Source: Vicugna vicugna (taxonomy: Eukaryota). From it: a stretch of DNA of 64,000 nt. Both the position numbers and the translations under genes were made by a program. Below are positions 1 through 55,188 of the stretch, one piece after another. Under the pieces are notes generated by a model. That model was not told the origin of the DNA. It worked only from the letters and a program-made list of their open reading frames with translations, and ran no database searches. The stretch spans positions 4,289,308 to 4,353,307 of the forward strand of contig MU061578.1 in assembly GCA_013265495.1 (NCBI GenBank), given 5' to 3'. The stretch's first letter is position 1, and each line of letters opens with the position of its first letter.

Positions 1-2000
1 TACGGTTTATGTTCTGGTTTGCTTTTAATACACAAGAAAATGATTCGTGAATTTCAAATTGGATCACCCTGAAGACCCTGACAGTGCTGGCCCTAGGGCT
101 CCACCCTCAGCCAAATGAGGGATAAGCTCTCTGTTCTGTCTACTGGCAGGGACTTCTGGGGCAGAGGTGGGGATAGAGGCCTGGGGGAAGGAAGAAGACA
201 CATGCAGGCAGAGCCTCTGGGCAGCAGTGACCAAGTTGCCTTACTTTTGTCCCCATCTTCCTTCCTTTCCTTCCGTGAAGCCATGGGCATGACTGAGAGA
301 GCCTGGGTAGTCTGGCTGCTGGCAGGAGCAGAGGACACATGTTTTTGCTCCTTTGAACCTGATGGAGGAGGCTGTTTGTATTTGAAAGATTAACTCTTAG
401 CATCCTGTTCTCAACGTCCACACTGCATTGAGAAATGACTAGTCTGTATTTTTATTAAGCCTTAAAACTTTTTTTATGTGCATTTGGTGCCAATTTTTTG
501 TAGAGCTGTATCAGAAACACCAAACCTGTGCTCACATCACAGTGTAACTGAGAGAAGCATTCTGTTATTTTTACAAGGCAGGAGTGGGTGTAGCCATTGA
601 ATTAAATTTAGCAGTCACGTACTCAGAGTCTATGCCTGTTGATTGCATGCGCCTAGTATGCACCAGTGTGTGGATGAGCATGTACATGGGGGCAGACGTG
701 TGCACGTCCTTCCCTCCACATTCATTCTCCAGAGCACCTGAACTCTGCTCCTTCCCTTACAGCTTTTCATGGGTTGAAGGAGTTTGTCCTTTTTTAATTT
801 TTTCATTTAGCCAGATGCCCAAATTAATCTCAAAAGATTATAGACTTAAGGGTTTTTCATTTGAAAATCAGACTTAGCTTTCAATAGAATGAACCGGAAT
901 GTGGCAGCGTTCTTTTTGGTTTCTGTAAGTTGAAGGTAATGAATGATTCTTCTTTCTCAACACAACTTGTTTTCCTTAACAACTTGTCTCTGAATTGGCT
1001 TTGAAACTGCCGTGACAAACTGCATTGAGTAGATGAGGTGCTGAGCTATTAGAATTTGCTTGTAGATTCAGGTCCTGTAGAGAAAGCATAGATTGTTTTT
1101 CCTTCTTATTTGCCTGCCTGAAGAGTCCCCCAGAGGAGGCGTCCTCCATTCTGCCTTCTGCCTCAGGGCCAACTATCAGGTTAGCACTTCTGAAAGTAAC
1201 CCGATGTGGGTGACCTGACACTATCTTCACTTGTCCATCTGAAAACACCTTGTGGAGTGCAGAGCATGTTCCAAGAGCTAGGCAAGCCACTGGCACCATT
1301 ACATCACCTATTTGTAGCAGATGCTCCAGCCACAGCACTGAGCCTCAGAGTGTCACAGCCTTTTTGTCTCCAGAGGCCAGGCAGTGGCTGAGTCTGAATG
1401 GACCAAGGTGGCTCCCCTATATTATGGTGAGGAAGTGAAAAATATCTCAAGGGTCCCTCTTCAGGTCCTGTGCCTTGTCCAGAAACACACTGGCTCTTTT
1501 GACAGACCGTAACTTGTTCTATTATTTTTGTGATTTGAACCCTGCAAAGATGCATGTATCTCCTGTGTTATCCAGTTCATTTGTTCTGAATTTGTATTCT
1601 TAATCCTTAGTATTCTTGGAGCTCATGAATTAAATAGTTCTGTTTTATGTGCGATACAAAGTGATATCTAAGATTCAATTTAGAAAGAAATGAGAGGGAC
1701 AGTATGGGGACTTACATGACTTTTTTGCAGGCATTAGGAACTTTTGAAACCTGTGTGCCCATTTTACATTTTAGGGTAACGAGAAAGAGAAAAAGTTGAA
1801 TCCCAAATGATTCTTACAAATCTGAAAGGAAGCTGATTATGTACTCTCTCAAGAGTACTAGTTGTAGTCTTCAGTAAGCATCAAGAATTATCCAGCATAT
1901 CATCTTGTTAAAACTTTATTTTCTTTAACCAATTTCAAGTAATAAATCTGCCCAAACATGTTAGTAATAAAAACTAATAAAGTTGATGCCACGTCAGTTG
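1..2000 (+). other. JPT2: Probable distal 3' UTR of the upstream gene JPT2 (HN1L)
   Basis: Non-coding, moderately AT-rich sequence ending in three AATAAA hexamers (1941-1946, 1966-1971, 1976-1981) about 1.6 kb upstream of the MAPK8IP3 start codon. Gene identity is inferred only from mammalian synteny (JPT2 lies directly upstream of MAPK8IP3 on the same strand); no JPT2 coding sequence is in the window. Confidence 0.5.
1941..1981 (+). terminator. Cluster of three polyadenylation signals (AATAAA)
   Basis: AATAAA at 1941, 1966 and 1976. Confidence 0.55.
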
Positions 2001-2214
2001 GCCTCTCACTGTGGTAGTGGGGGCTGCCTGACTGTATTTGCTATTTCAGTAATTTAAAAGGGGTTACATTTCTGGAAAACGCCTAAGGCAGAAGTCTTAA
2101 ACATTCCCCAAAACATACCCAAGCTTTCTCTGTAACTCGCTCACCAGAAAAAATTAAACATTCCATTTCTGTTCTGGCTTCTCATTTTGAGAAAATAAAA
2201 CATTAACAAGTCTA

Positions 2215-2375
2215 TAATGTACTTATTGCATGCTTAACATTTGCTAGAGATGGTATGAGCCCCTTTCACGATCTTCATGACATTCCTAGTAGGTTGGTAA
2301 TATTTTTAGGTTCAGTTTTAAGGTTAGCTAAGATCAAACCCTAGGCAATCTGAATGTGAGAGTGAAACCCAGTTT
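2215..2375 (-). mobile_element. Degenerate MIR SINE
   Basis: ACTTATTG...GGTTAGCTAAG...CAAACCCTAGGCAATCTGA resembles the antisense MIR core (recalled consensus). Confidence 0.45.
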
Positions 2376-3229
2376 CTTAGTGGGGTGGGCTGGGTGAGCA
2401 TCCATACAGCAGAGTAGGCTGCAAGGGGAAATTGTGCAATAGTATTTAGGGCATCACCTGCAGGAACATTTATTGATTTTGTGCAGTCAGAGTATCCTGT
2501 CATCAGTCAGGATGAGCCAACCTTGAAGTGCTTCATCTACTGAAAGGCAGGGGTAAGAGCACTTGTTAGCACTAAGCTGTCATTAATGTGTTTTTGATAA
2601 GGATTCATGCCACCTGTGTAGCCCCCAAAGCTGGACGTGTCAGTCTGAGGTTCATGGTGTCCTCAGGTGCCAGTGAAAGAAAATGCAAATCACGTGGCTA
2701 AAAGTGGAAGAAATAAGGGCCTATCAAAACTGGTAGAATATAAGAAAATCAAATAGGTCGAATGGAAATTAAAAATAGAACTATTTAAGTTTAAAACTCA
2801 GTAGGTGGGTTAGATTACAAATAGCTGAAGTGAAACTGGGAAATCTGATAGAAGTTAAAACAAAATGCAGGCCAGAGAAGTGGATTAAATGAGTTTGCTA
2901 CTGGGTTTTACGATGAGAGGCAACTTGCACTTGACTTGAATCCCAGGAGGGACGACTGAAGGGTAGAGGAGCACCCTGAAGAGAAGCCCTGAATACCTGC
3001 AGTGTAGGAGGATGCACTACTGTGTAGTGAAGCTATAGAGGTTAAGTCAAGTAACAGTTAACCAGGTGACCATCGTGGTCACCTCTGCAGGGAAGGGCGG
3101 GACGCACAAAGATAACATCCACTTCTTTGGAGGGGAGGGTGACGCTTGCTTTAAGTCTCTAAACCGTACACAATCACTTATATATACTCTTGGGACATGC
3201 TGCCACTTTATAAAAGTCGAGGCTGGGGT

Positions 3230-46889
<43,660 letters not shown>

Positions 46890-48345
46890 GGCTGCGGCCT
46901 CCGGCACCCTGCCCCGCCCAATGCCTGCCACCTGTACATACAGCCCTGCCCACCTGCCCACCACCCGCCCTGCAGGCAGACAGGCACCCGTCCACCCCTC
47001 TTCTAACCTCTCAACCTGCAGCTTTCACCTTAGGTCCTGGCCTCCCTTTGAGCTGGCAGAGAGCAGCGATGCAGGGCTGGCTGGGAGGGAGGCACGGGAG
47101 TGGGGTCATTCTGACCAGGCAGGGGTAGCACCTCTTGGAACACCTTTTCCCTAGCAGCTGCTGGCTGGCACTCAGCCCACAGTCCTCAAGGCCCCAGGGC
47201 ACTTCAGGGCCAGAGCATGGCTGAACCCCGAGGTGGGTCAGGCCAGGAGACGCCCCTACAGGTGGCTCCCAGCTCCACCCTGGGCTCCCCACTCCCGTCA
47301 CTCACTCCCAGGATCCCCCTGAGGGGGAAGCAGGGACTTCACTCCGTGAGTCTTCCCACCCTGAGCCCACTTGCCTTTGCCTGCTGCCCACCAGCGTGGG
47401 GGTCCAACCCTCAGGGAACTGGCCTTCTCTAGCCTTCCCTGGACTCCCCCTACCCTAATCCCTGCCGCCCTGGGAACTGGCATGAAAGCACGTAACCAGG
47501 CTCCCTGGGGCACCTGCTTGAGAAAATGGACAGATGCCCTCACTTGCTCGAGTCCCATGATCGTCCTGTGTGGCAGTTTCTCACTGGCCCTCACTGACCC
47601 ATGTCCTCCCCCTGCCCTCCCTCCCCTGCCTGGGCAAAGACCAACCATGTAGGAGCAGGCCCTCCAGTCAACTGCTCCCAGAAGTCTCTAGGATGGAATT
47701 TCTTAGGCTGCCAGGGCAGGCTCAAGCCTCAGGAAGAAGGGGAGGCCCCTGGCCCCTTGGATGCAGGCTCAGTCTCAGGGTGATGGGGAAAGGTGTGCTC
47801 CAGGCCTGCCCCTGTGCAGTCTCCAAGGAGCCCAGCTCCCAAGACACGCTACTAAGTGCCTAGGGCTGGCGGTGTGGCCTGCTCTCCTGAGGGCAACTGA
47901 CGACAGGCTGCAGAGGTCCGAAGGGCGGAGGACAGGAGCCGCTTTCAGCCGGCTTTGAGGGGCACCGCCCTGGACTGCCACTACCCCCCAACCTGCCCAG
48001 GCCTTATTCCTGTTCCTCGAGGCACAGATCAGGGCAGCCCCAGGTCCTGCTGCCCACCCCTCCCACCAGAGAAGCACAGATCTTGGGCAGCCATCCTACA
48101 AGCCCAGCCGGCCACCGCCGCCACGTGCAGCTGCAGGCTTCTCCCTACCACCCCGCCACTCTCCACTGTGATGTATGTCAAGTCCCCTGTCTATTCTCAC
48201 AGGGCTATGAAGTGACTCGGGGGGGTCGCCAGGGGGGTGCAGCTAGGGGAAGGGGCTGGGTGATGATTCTCCTCAGGCTTTGGCCCTGCAAGTGAACCTA
48301 CGTATCTGCTCTGTATGTAATAAATGTCTTAATACCATACTTCTG
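46890..48345 (+). other. MAPK8IP3: MAPK8IP3 3' UTR
   Basis: Runs from the TGA stop (46887-46889) to just past AATAAA at 48319-48324. Confidence 0.8.
48319..48324 (+). terminator. MAPK8IP3 polyadenylation signal
   Basis: First AATAAA I find after the stop codon; preceded by TGTA elements and followed by TTCTGTGT. Confidence 0.85.
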
Positions 48346-48389
48346 TGTCCCTGGGCCCAAGCCAACTCGAACACAAAGATTTTCTTCAG

Positions 48390-48395
48390 TTTATT
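48390..48395 (-). terminator. NME3 polyadenylation signal
   Basis: TTTATT on + (AATAAA on -), about 290 nt downstream of the NME3 stop. Confidence 0.8.
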
Positions 48396-48682
48396 ATAAA
48401 AAACGCTGGGGCCAGCCAAGCGCCAGGATAGCGCCCTGCCCCGTTTCCAAGAGGACTGAACAGGGGCACAGCCTGGGGCTCCCGCAGGGAGGCCTGCAGC
48501 AGCCAGGGCTGGGCAGGCGTGCACCTGTCTGCCCTCCTCTAGGTCCTCAAGGCTGTTGTGCTCCCCACCACAGGAAGGGTGTTCTGAGCTCCTGGGGGTG
48601 GGGGCGCCCACGTGTGTGCACACCTCCGGGGCCTGGAGATCCACGTCAGAAGGGGGCATCTGCCTGAGAGGCTGCAACCCGC

Positions 48683-49539
48683 CTACTCGTACAGCCAGTG
48701 CCCGGCGCTGTCCTCCCAGCACAGGAGCTCATCCGTGCGGAACCAGAGTGCGATCTCGCGGCGGGCGCTCTCCACTGAGTCGCTACCATGAATCACATTC
48801 CTGCGCCGAAGAGGCGCGCGTGAGCGTGGGCGGTAGGGTGGACAGGCGCCCCATACAGCCCAGCTGGGGGAGTCGGGAGCAGCCTTACTTGCCGACCTCG
48901 ACGCAGAAATCGCCGCGAATGGTGCCGGGTGGGGCGTCGGCCGGGTTTGTGGCCCCAATGAGCGCCCGTGAAGCCCGCACAACGTCCAGACCCTGCCACA
49001 CCTGCAGACGGGGTCGAGAGGGCGAAGTCAGCCCAAGGTCCCCGCGCCTCCCGCCCACCCGACCGCGGGCACTCACCATGGCCACCACCGGCCCCGAGCT
49101 CATGTACTTGACCAGGCGCCCGTAGAAAGGGCGCTCGCGCAGCTCCGCGTAGTGCTCGCGTAGCAGCTCCTCGGAGGCCTGGGGAGGGGAACCGGCCAGG
49201 TGCGCCAGGAATCGTGTCCCCAGCACCCAGGGACCCCGCCCTCTCCGCCCGCCCCCCGCGCCGGGGAACCCCGCCCTCACCTGCACCAGCTTCAGCGCCA
49301 CCAGCTTGAAGCCCTTCCTCTCGAAGCGCCGTACGACCTCGCCCACGAGCCTCCGCTGCACGCCGTCTGGCTTCACGGCCAGGAAGGTACGCTCGTGCAC
49401 GCCGGTACAGGCTACGGGGACCGGCGGGGTCGGGCGCGTCAAGCTCGGCCGTACCCTCTCCCCGCCCGGCCCGACCCGGCCCGCGCTGCTCACCTGCCGG
49501 GAAGAGGTTGGCGAAGATGGTCAGCAGCAGACAGATCAT
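48683..49539 (-). CDS. NME3: Nucleoside diphosphate kinase 3, 5 exons, 169 aa
   Basis: complement(join(48683-48800,48889-49001,49077-49178,49281-49411,49494-49539)) = 510 nt. Hydrophobic N-terminus [15 protein letters not shown], then [26 protein letters not shown] and the active-site motif NVIHGSD; ends GHWLYE*. Confidence 0.98.
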
Positions 49540-49800
49540 GATGGCGGCGGGGCGCGGGCTGCGGCGGGGGCGGGGGCGGTGCGCAGGCCGGGGCGGGGCC
49601 TGTGTTTAAAGCTCCTGGGTAGCCTGGCACCGCTGCCTGGGTGGGACTCAGCGGGGGACGCGGAGAGGCGGTGCCAGTCGTTCATGCCCATGCCTCGACT
49701 CTGCGGCCGCTAATCTCCGATCTCCCCACGCACCCGGCGCCTGCGCTACACTCCTCGCAGCACCAGGCTGTGAGCACTGGTATCGGCCTGCTCGTCCTTA
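49540..49800 (-). promoter_or_regulatory. NME3: NME3 CpG-rich promoter / 5' UTR
   Basis: GC boxes (GGGGCGGGGC near 49590-49599) and a TATA-like TTTAAA at 49605-49610, squeezed between the MRPS34 3' end and the NME3 ATG. Confidence 0.6.
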
Positions 49801-49877
49801 CAGCCCTGCAAACAGCCCGCTACGGTCGCCCAACCCCAAACTCAAAAAAACCACACCCCAGGGCTACTTAATGTGCT

Positions 49878-49883
49878 TTTATT
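49878..49883 (-). terminator. MRPS34 polyadenylation signal
   Basis: TTTATT on +, about 320 nt downstream of the MRPS34 stop. Confidence 0.8.
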
Positions 49884-50201
49884 CGTGTTCACAGCTTCTA
49901 CCTGGGTCCCTACAGAGGACACACGTCACAGACAAGGGAGCCAAAGCGGAAGTGTCACGTGCCAACACTGGGGCTCCACACCTGCTTGCCCCTCTCAAGT
50001 CAGACAGGCGTGTTCGAGCAGCTGGGACAGAGGAAAGACACAAGGTGCAGGGTCTGCCCCTACCCTTTTCCTCCAAAATGTAGAACCTAAGAACAAGTCA
50101 CTGGAAGGTCGGATCCAGGCTCCCAGGGGCCTGATTCAAGTGTAACCCAAACTGGTGCTCACTGTCTTCCACCCTTCTGGGAGCCTGCCGAGTCTGGCAT
50201 T

Positions 50202-51108
50202 TTAGACGGCGGTGCCCTTGGTCTTTCTCTTCGCCTCCAGTTTCTCAGGATAGTCCCAGGGATCAATGCGCGACCTCTCCAGACTCAGCATGGGCTCTTC
50301 CGTGCTGGTGTCTCCATTTTTCTGTCGCTCAGCTAGAATCATAGCCCGGAGGAGCGGTGGGTAGGGCACAGAGTGAAGAGTGTCCTCCGGCAACGGCGTG
50401 AAAGCGGTGAAGGCTTCCTCCTCGTGCTTGGGCACCACCCGCCAGTCGTGGTGCATGACCTGTTCTATCTCCCGAGCCTCACTCTCCGTCTTTCCTGGGG
50501 AAAAAAGGACGAGGCTTACTGCACACACGCTGGCCGAACAGTCTGTTGCCGGCAGCCAGCCTACCTTGTCTCCAACACAGCCTTACCTTTGAAGGTCAAG
50601 ATGCCCCAGGCCTTCCCGTGGTCCAAGTTCTGCAAAGCAAGTGGGGAGGAGAATCAGTTCAGAAAGCTTGCTTGTCCAGGGATCGGGAGACAGGTGACCC
50701 CATCCCACAAAGTCCCGCGCAGGGAAGGCAGAGGTGCCCAGCGTTGCGGGGGCGGGGCGATGGGGACGGTGTCGACGGTGCGCGCACCTCCGCCGTGTAG
50801 TCAGGCCGAACCCGCGTGAGGCGCCAGTAGCATGGCTCGTCGTGCTGCCACAGCCAGGACTTGCGCGTGACGAGGCGGCCCAGGCCGAAGAGAGGGAGGC
50901 GGCTGAGCAGCTGCAGGAGGCGGTTCTCGCGTTGCACATCCATCCAGGCTCGCATGGGCAGCCGGCGGCCCGTGTACGGCCGCGTCAGCGTCTCGTAGTC
51001 CAGGGCATAGCGCTGCGAGTCGCGCGGCCGGTTCCGTTGCTCGCGCAGGGACCGCACGCGGCGGGCCAGCTCGGCGATCAGCCGCGGCCTCACCTTCTTC
51101 CGCGCCAT
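50202..51108 (-). CDS. MRPS34: Mitochondrial ribosomal protein S34 (mS34), 3 exons, 218 aa
   Basis: complement(join(50202-50494,50587-50629,50788-51108)) = 657 nt. [19 protein letters not shown]...[50 protein letters not shown]...KGTAV*. Confidence 0.98.
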
Positions 51109-51228
51109 GCCGCTGCGGCCGGAAGCCGTCGCCGCGCGCCGCTAGGCTCGTCCGATGCCGGAAGCGGCGGGTGTCCCCCGCAAAGGTGTCCGGGCGCAGC
51201 CGGAAGCCGAGAAGAGGCCGGGCGGGCC
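51109..51228. promoter_or_regulatory. Bidirectional MRPS34/EME2 promoter with three ETS (GABP-type) sites
   Basis: Only 120 bp between the divergent ATGs; CCGGAAG at 51119, 51158 and 51200; lies within a CpG island. Confidence 0.85.
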
Positions 51229-54200
51229 ATGGCGAGGGCTGAGTCTGGGAGGGCCGGGGGTTCTCTCCGGGGCCGGGTCCAGCGGCGGCCCCCGACCTGG
51301 GAGATCTCGGACTCGGACAGTGAGGGTCCCGCCGGCGTGGAGGCCGCCGTGAGAGTCCCGGACTCGGCGGATGAGCGCCGGGCGGCGGCCGAGACTCCGC
51401 GGCGACTGCGGCCGGATCAGGCCTTGCGGCGCCTGGCGGTGCTCGTCGACCCAGGTGCGGGCGGGCGTAGAGAGTGGCCCGGGGTGGGGAGCCTGGAAGT
51501 TCCCCTTAATCCCAGGAGATTATCGTCGGCCCGACTGCAGGTGGGTGAGGCATCTCTCAGGGCCCCCTGTTGGCCAGGAACTGGCACCGGCTTCCCCGCT
51601 GGGAAGATTGTTTAGACTCCGTCGTGCGCTGTGGGAGCCGGTCCGGAATGTGTATTGGTAACACATGCTGACCAGGCTGTGCGTCTGCTGTCCCTATCCA
51701 AGTAGTGTCTTCGCGTGGGGGAAAGAAGGAGTGACAGCTGACTCCCTCTGCCCCCTCCCAGCCATCCTGGAAGATGCTGGTGCGGATATCCTGATGGAGG
51801 CCCTGGACACCTTGGGCTGTGAGTACCGTGTGGAGCCCCAGCGCCCTGCCAGGAGTCTCAGGTGGAGCAGAGTGAAGCCAGACCCTTGCCCCCACGGTGT
51901 GAGTGTCCTAGGTTATGTGTTTTATAGCCATGAAGTTAATCTTGAAAGGCACCTGCTGCAGTCGTGCATGTTTTACAGACCAGTAAACTAAGAATGGGGA
52001 ATGCCGAGTGGGTGATAGTTGTGGGCTGAACGCAGCTGCTGCTGAGGGCTGTTCCATCCCCATCAGGGCTGTGGCCAAAAGTTTTGCCTCGAGGACCTGG
52101 GCTGGGGTTAGTCTCAGCAGGAGATGGGATGTTGGACTTTTGTAGAGCAGCACTGGAAGAAACTGCGAGTGGCAGTAACCACGAGCCTCAGAACTTCTGG
52201 GGTGTACAGGTCGAGACCCTGGGATGCACAAGGCCAAGGGTGGGCAGCAGTGCCCCGGATGTCCCCACAGGTGCCTCCTGAGGTGTGGGCTGCAGATGAG
52301 CAGGACCTGCTGCTGCTGCTGGAGCCTGAGGAGTTTCTTCAGGGTGTGATCCAGCTGACCCAGGTGCTGGGGGAAGGGTGAGGGGGCAGTAATCCTCGTC
52401 CACAAATCGTGAGGGACTGGGTTTCCTATCTTGGATGTTCTGGGTGAGATGTAGGAAGGCAGCACGACTCTTGGCCTGGGAGCAGATGGGAGCCGCAGCT
52501 ACTTCTAGAGGGCAGAGCCAGGATAAGGAGGGTTCTCTGGAGAGCTGAGTCAGAAGTCAGAGGCAGTAAGCTGCCAAGGTGGGGGTGAAGACCAGAGCTG
52601 CAGACGGGCTGTGCAATCCACCTTGTGACCCCCAACAACCCAGCCCGTCTGGCTAGAGGAGAAACAGGGACTGTTCAGCTGATTTTTGCACCAGAGTATC
52701 ATTAGACCCTCTACCAGTTCCCAGATTAAGCACCTGCTGTGTGCCAGGCTGGCGTGTGTGCAGAGGTGGACCGAGAATGGCGAGGGGGATTGCAGGAGCA
52801 CAGGACGTGCCCGGGGCCTTACGTGGATTTCCGCCCCACCCCTGCCACCGCCCTTGATCTCAGGGAAGGTACAAAGCCAGTTCTCTAAAGCGAACTGGCT
52901 GGGAAGGGACATCCACTCCTGCCGCCAAGCACCACAGGGCTGTTCTCAGTCTCGTTCCCCTTCTTTCTGCAAACTGGTCCCAAAGGACATGTGTGGTAAA
53001 CCTTGGCTTGCAGATCCGTGGCCCAGCCTGTTCGGTGCCGTGGATCACCCCTGGGAGCCCAGCCTGCCCCCACCTGGCTGTCATTGGTCTGGATGCTTAC
53101 CTCTGGTACTGGTCACCCTGACACCCTTAGCCTGCCTGACTGCGATGGGAGAGTTCAGGGGAACGGCAGGGGTGGCGCTGGAGGCTGGTGTGTCACAGCT
53201 AACCCTCTCCCTTGAGTGGCTCTGGGGGAAGCAGAAGAACCCAGAGGGTGGGACTGATGGGGTGTGGGGAGCTAGAGTGATGGTCACTTCTGCTTAGGTC
53301 TCACCAGCCCAGCACTCGGGAGACACGGCTGCCAGAGAGTTCAGCCATGGCCTGTGCCCAGGTGGCAGTCGGTTGGCCCGAGGTGGAAGAGGTGAGCGCA
53401 GTCAGGTTGGGTCAGGTGGTTGGCCTGGGCCCTAGCGCTTGGGCTGCTCTCAGACCCAGTGGAGGCTGGTTTGGCATGTGGGTGGCATGTGGCATTGGTC
53501 TCAGCTGGGTGTCCCCCAAGGGAGCCCTCCTCTGACCCACACCCACGGGCTTACCCCCTCCCTCCTCAGGCCCTGGTGCTCCTGCAGCTCTGGGCAAACG
53601 TGGATGTGCTACTGGTGGCCTCCTGGCAGGAGCTGAGTCAGCATGTGTGCACCTTCACCAAGGCCCTTGCCCAGCGCCCCTTCAAGTGTGTGAGCCTCAC
53701 CCTGCTGGTGGCTGCTGCCAGGAGGGGGTGGGGGTATGGGGCGGGCACTCAGGAAAGGTGGACGAAGCCTCTAGGAGCCTCCCCACACCCTCCCCTTTCC
53801 AGGCAGGCCCGGGAGTCGGGGCCCTTTTCCTTCTGCACTGCAGGGCACTGGGCAGCAGGCGAGCGAGTAGCAAGAGATGGCACAGGGCTGCGGGCGGCCT
53901 GGTGGCGGCAGATCCAGCAGTTCAACCGGGTCAGCCCAGCTGTGGCCGATGCTGTTGTCACCGCCTTCCCCTCCCCCCGCCTTCTGCAACAGGTGCTCCC
54001 TCTCCCCCAGTCCCTGGTATGGAGGGTCCCCAAGACCTGCCCTGCTCATCCCTCTGCCTGCCCTAGGCGTATGTAGCCTGTGGCTCGGAGCAGGAGCGCC
54101 TGGCCCTCCTGGCTGACCTCCCAGTGAAGATGGGTGAGGGTGTGCGGCCCCGCAGGGTGGGGCCCGACCTTTCCCGCCGCATCTGCCTCTTCCTGACCAC

Positions 54201-54237
54201 TGACAATCCTGACCTCCTGCTGGACCTGGGCTCCTGA
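51229..54237 (+). CDS. EME2: Structure-specific endonuclease subunit EME2 (MUS81 partner), 8 exons, 372 aa
   Basis: join(51229-51454,51762-51898,52271-52363,53014-53105,53298-53391,53570-53685,53803-53992,54067-54237) = 1119 nt, open frame. Contains [63 protein letters not shown] and [28 protein letters not shown]. Confidence 0.96.
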
Positions 54238-54611
54238 CCACGCTTCGAGGACCAGGTAGGGCTTCTGCCACCTACTGGCAGGACATGATGCAGACTGCCC
54301 AGGGTACTGACTGCAACCCACAAGGGGCGGTATGCAGGGAGCAAGAAAATGGGTACAGGTCTGACCCCCAAGGTGGGGGCGGGGGGAGGGGCGGTTCTTG
54401 AATAACTGCTATGGGCAGAAGAGAAAATTGTTTTCTTGCTGGGAGATGCCAAGTGGTTGAAGGTCTGGAGAAGATTGGGGCAGGGTTCACATGCCCTAGG
54501 GCCTGTACGTAGGCATAGGGGCTGATAGCTGGCTGGGGAGTACCTAAGGTCCCCTCTGGGGGAAACACTGGTCACCTGGAGACTTGAGGAGTAGCACCTT
54601 CAAAAAGGAGC

Positions 54612-54622
54612 AATAAAATAAA
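54612..54622 (+). terminator. EME2 polyadenylation signal (two overlapping AATAAA)
   Basis: AATAAAATAAA about 375 nt after the stop. Confidence 0.7.
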
Positions 54623-54772
54623 GCCTTGAGGAAGGAAAGAGAATCAGGTTCTCTCTTCCCCAAGGTGCTGACACTCCAACCAGAGAAAAGCTGTGGACAC
54701 CTTTGAGCCCCAGGCCCTCAGTCTGACCCCTTTTGTCCTGCCCATGTGTAAGCATTAGACATAGACTCTAAG

Positions 54773-54778
54773 TTTATT
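54773..54778 (-). terminator. SPSB3 polyadenylation signal
   Basis: TTTATT on +, about 410 nt downstream of the SPSB3 stop. Confidence 0.75.
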
Positions 54779-55188
54779 ACTGTCATTTCAGCCTCAGACG
54801 GAAGGAACAGCAGCTGACGACATGCAAAGCACGTTAAAAAACCCAGGGCCAGCAGTACAGGAAGGGCCGAACTCCAGGAGGCCACCCTCCTTGCAGAGAG
54901 CAGACCCCAGCCCCCCGGCTCTCCTCCCAGGCCTGCAGCCTGGGTCCAGCAGCAATAGGGCAGCGGCTCCCCTGAGACTGAGGAAAGTGGCTGCTCCCAC
55001 ACCTGGCCCAGGACGCAGATAGACTCAGACAGGCCTGGTCTTGGGATCACTGGGCCACGGCCCCGGAGCCTCCACAGCCAGGCCTGTCCCAGCCTCTGGC
55101 AGCTCAGCCCACCTTCCTGTGTTGCCCTGGGGGGTGTTGGGAGGAAGGAGGGGGAACACCATCCAGCCCCTCATCTCCGTGGGGTGAA

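Noticed and set aside
50561..50586. Second donor-like site (AAG|gtaggc, minus strand) downstream of MRPS34 exon 2
   Set aside because: It is 22 nt from the main donor and so frameshifting; nothing supports a functional isoform.
50734..51228. 165-codon stop-free extension upstream of and in frame with EME2, antisense to MRPS34 exon 1
   Set aside because: It starts at GTG with no in-frame ATG, lies upstream of the likely EME2 TSS, and is explained by GC-rich antisense-to-coding sequence lacking stops.
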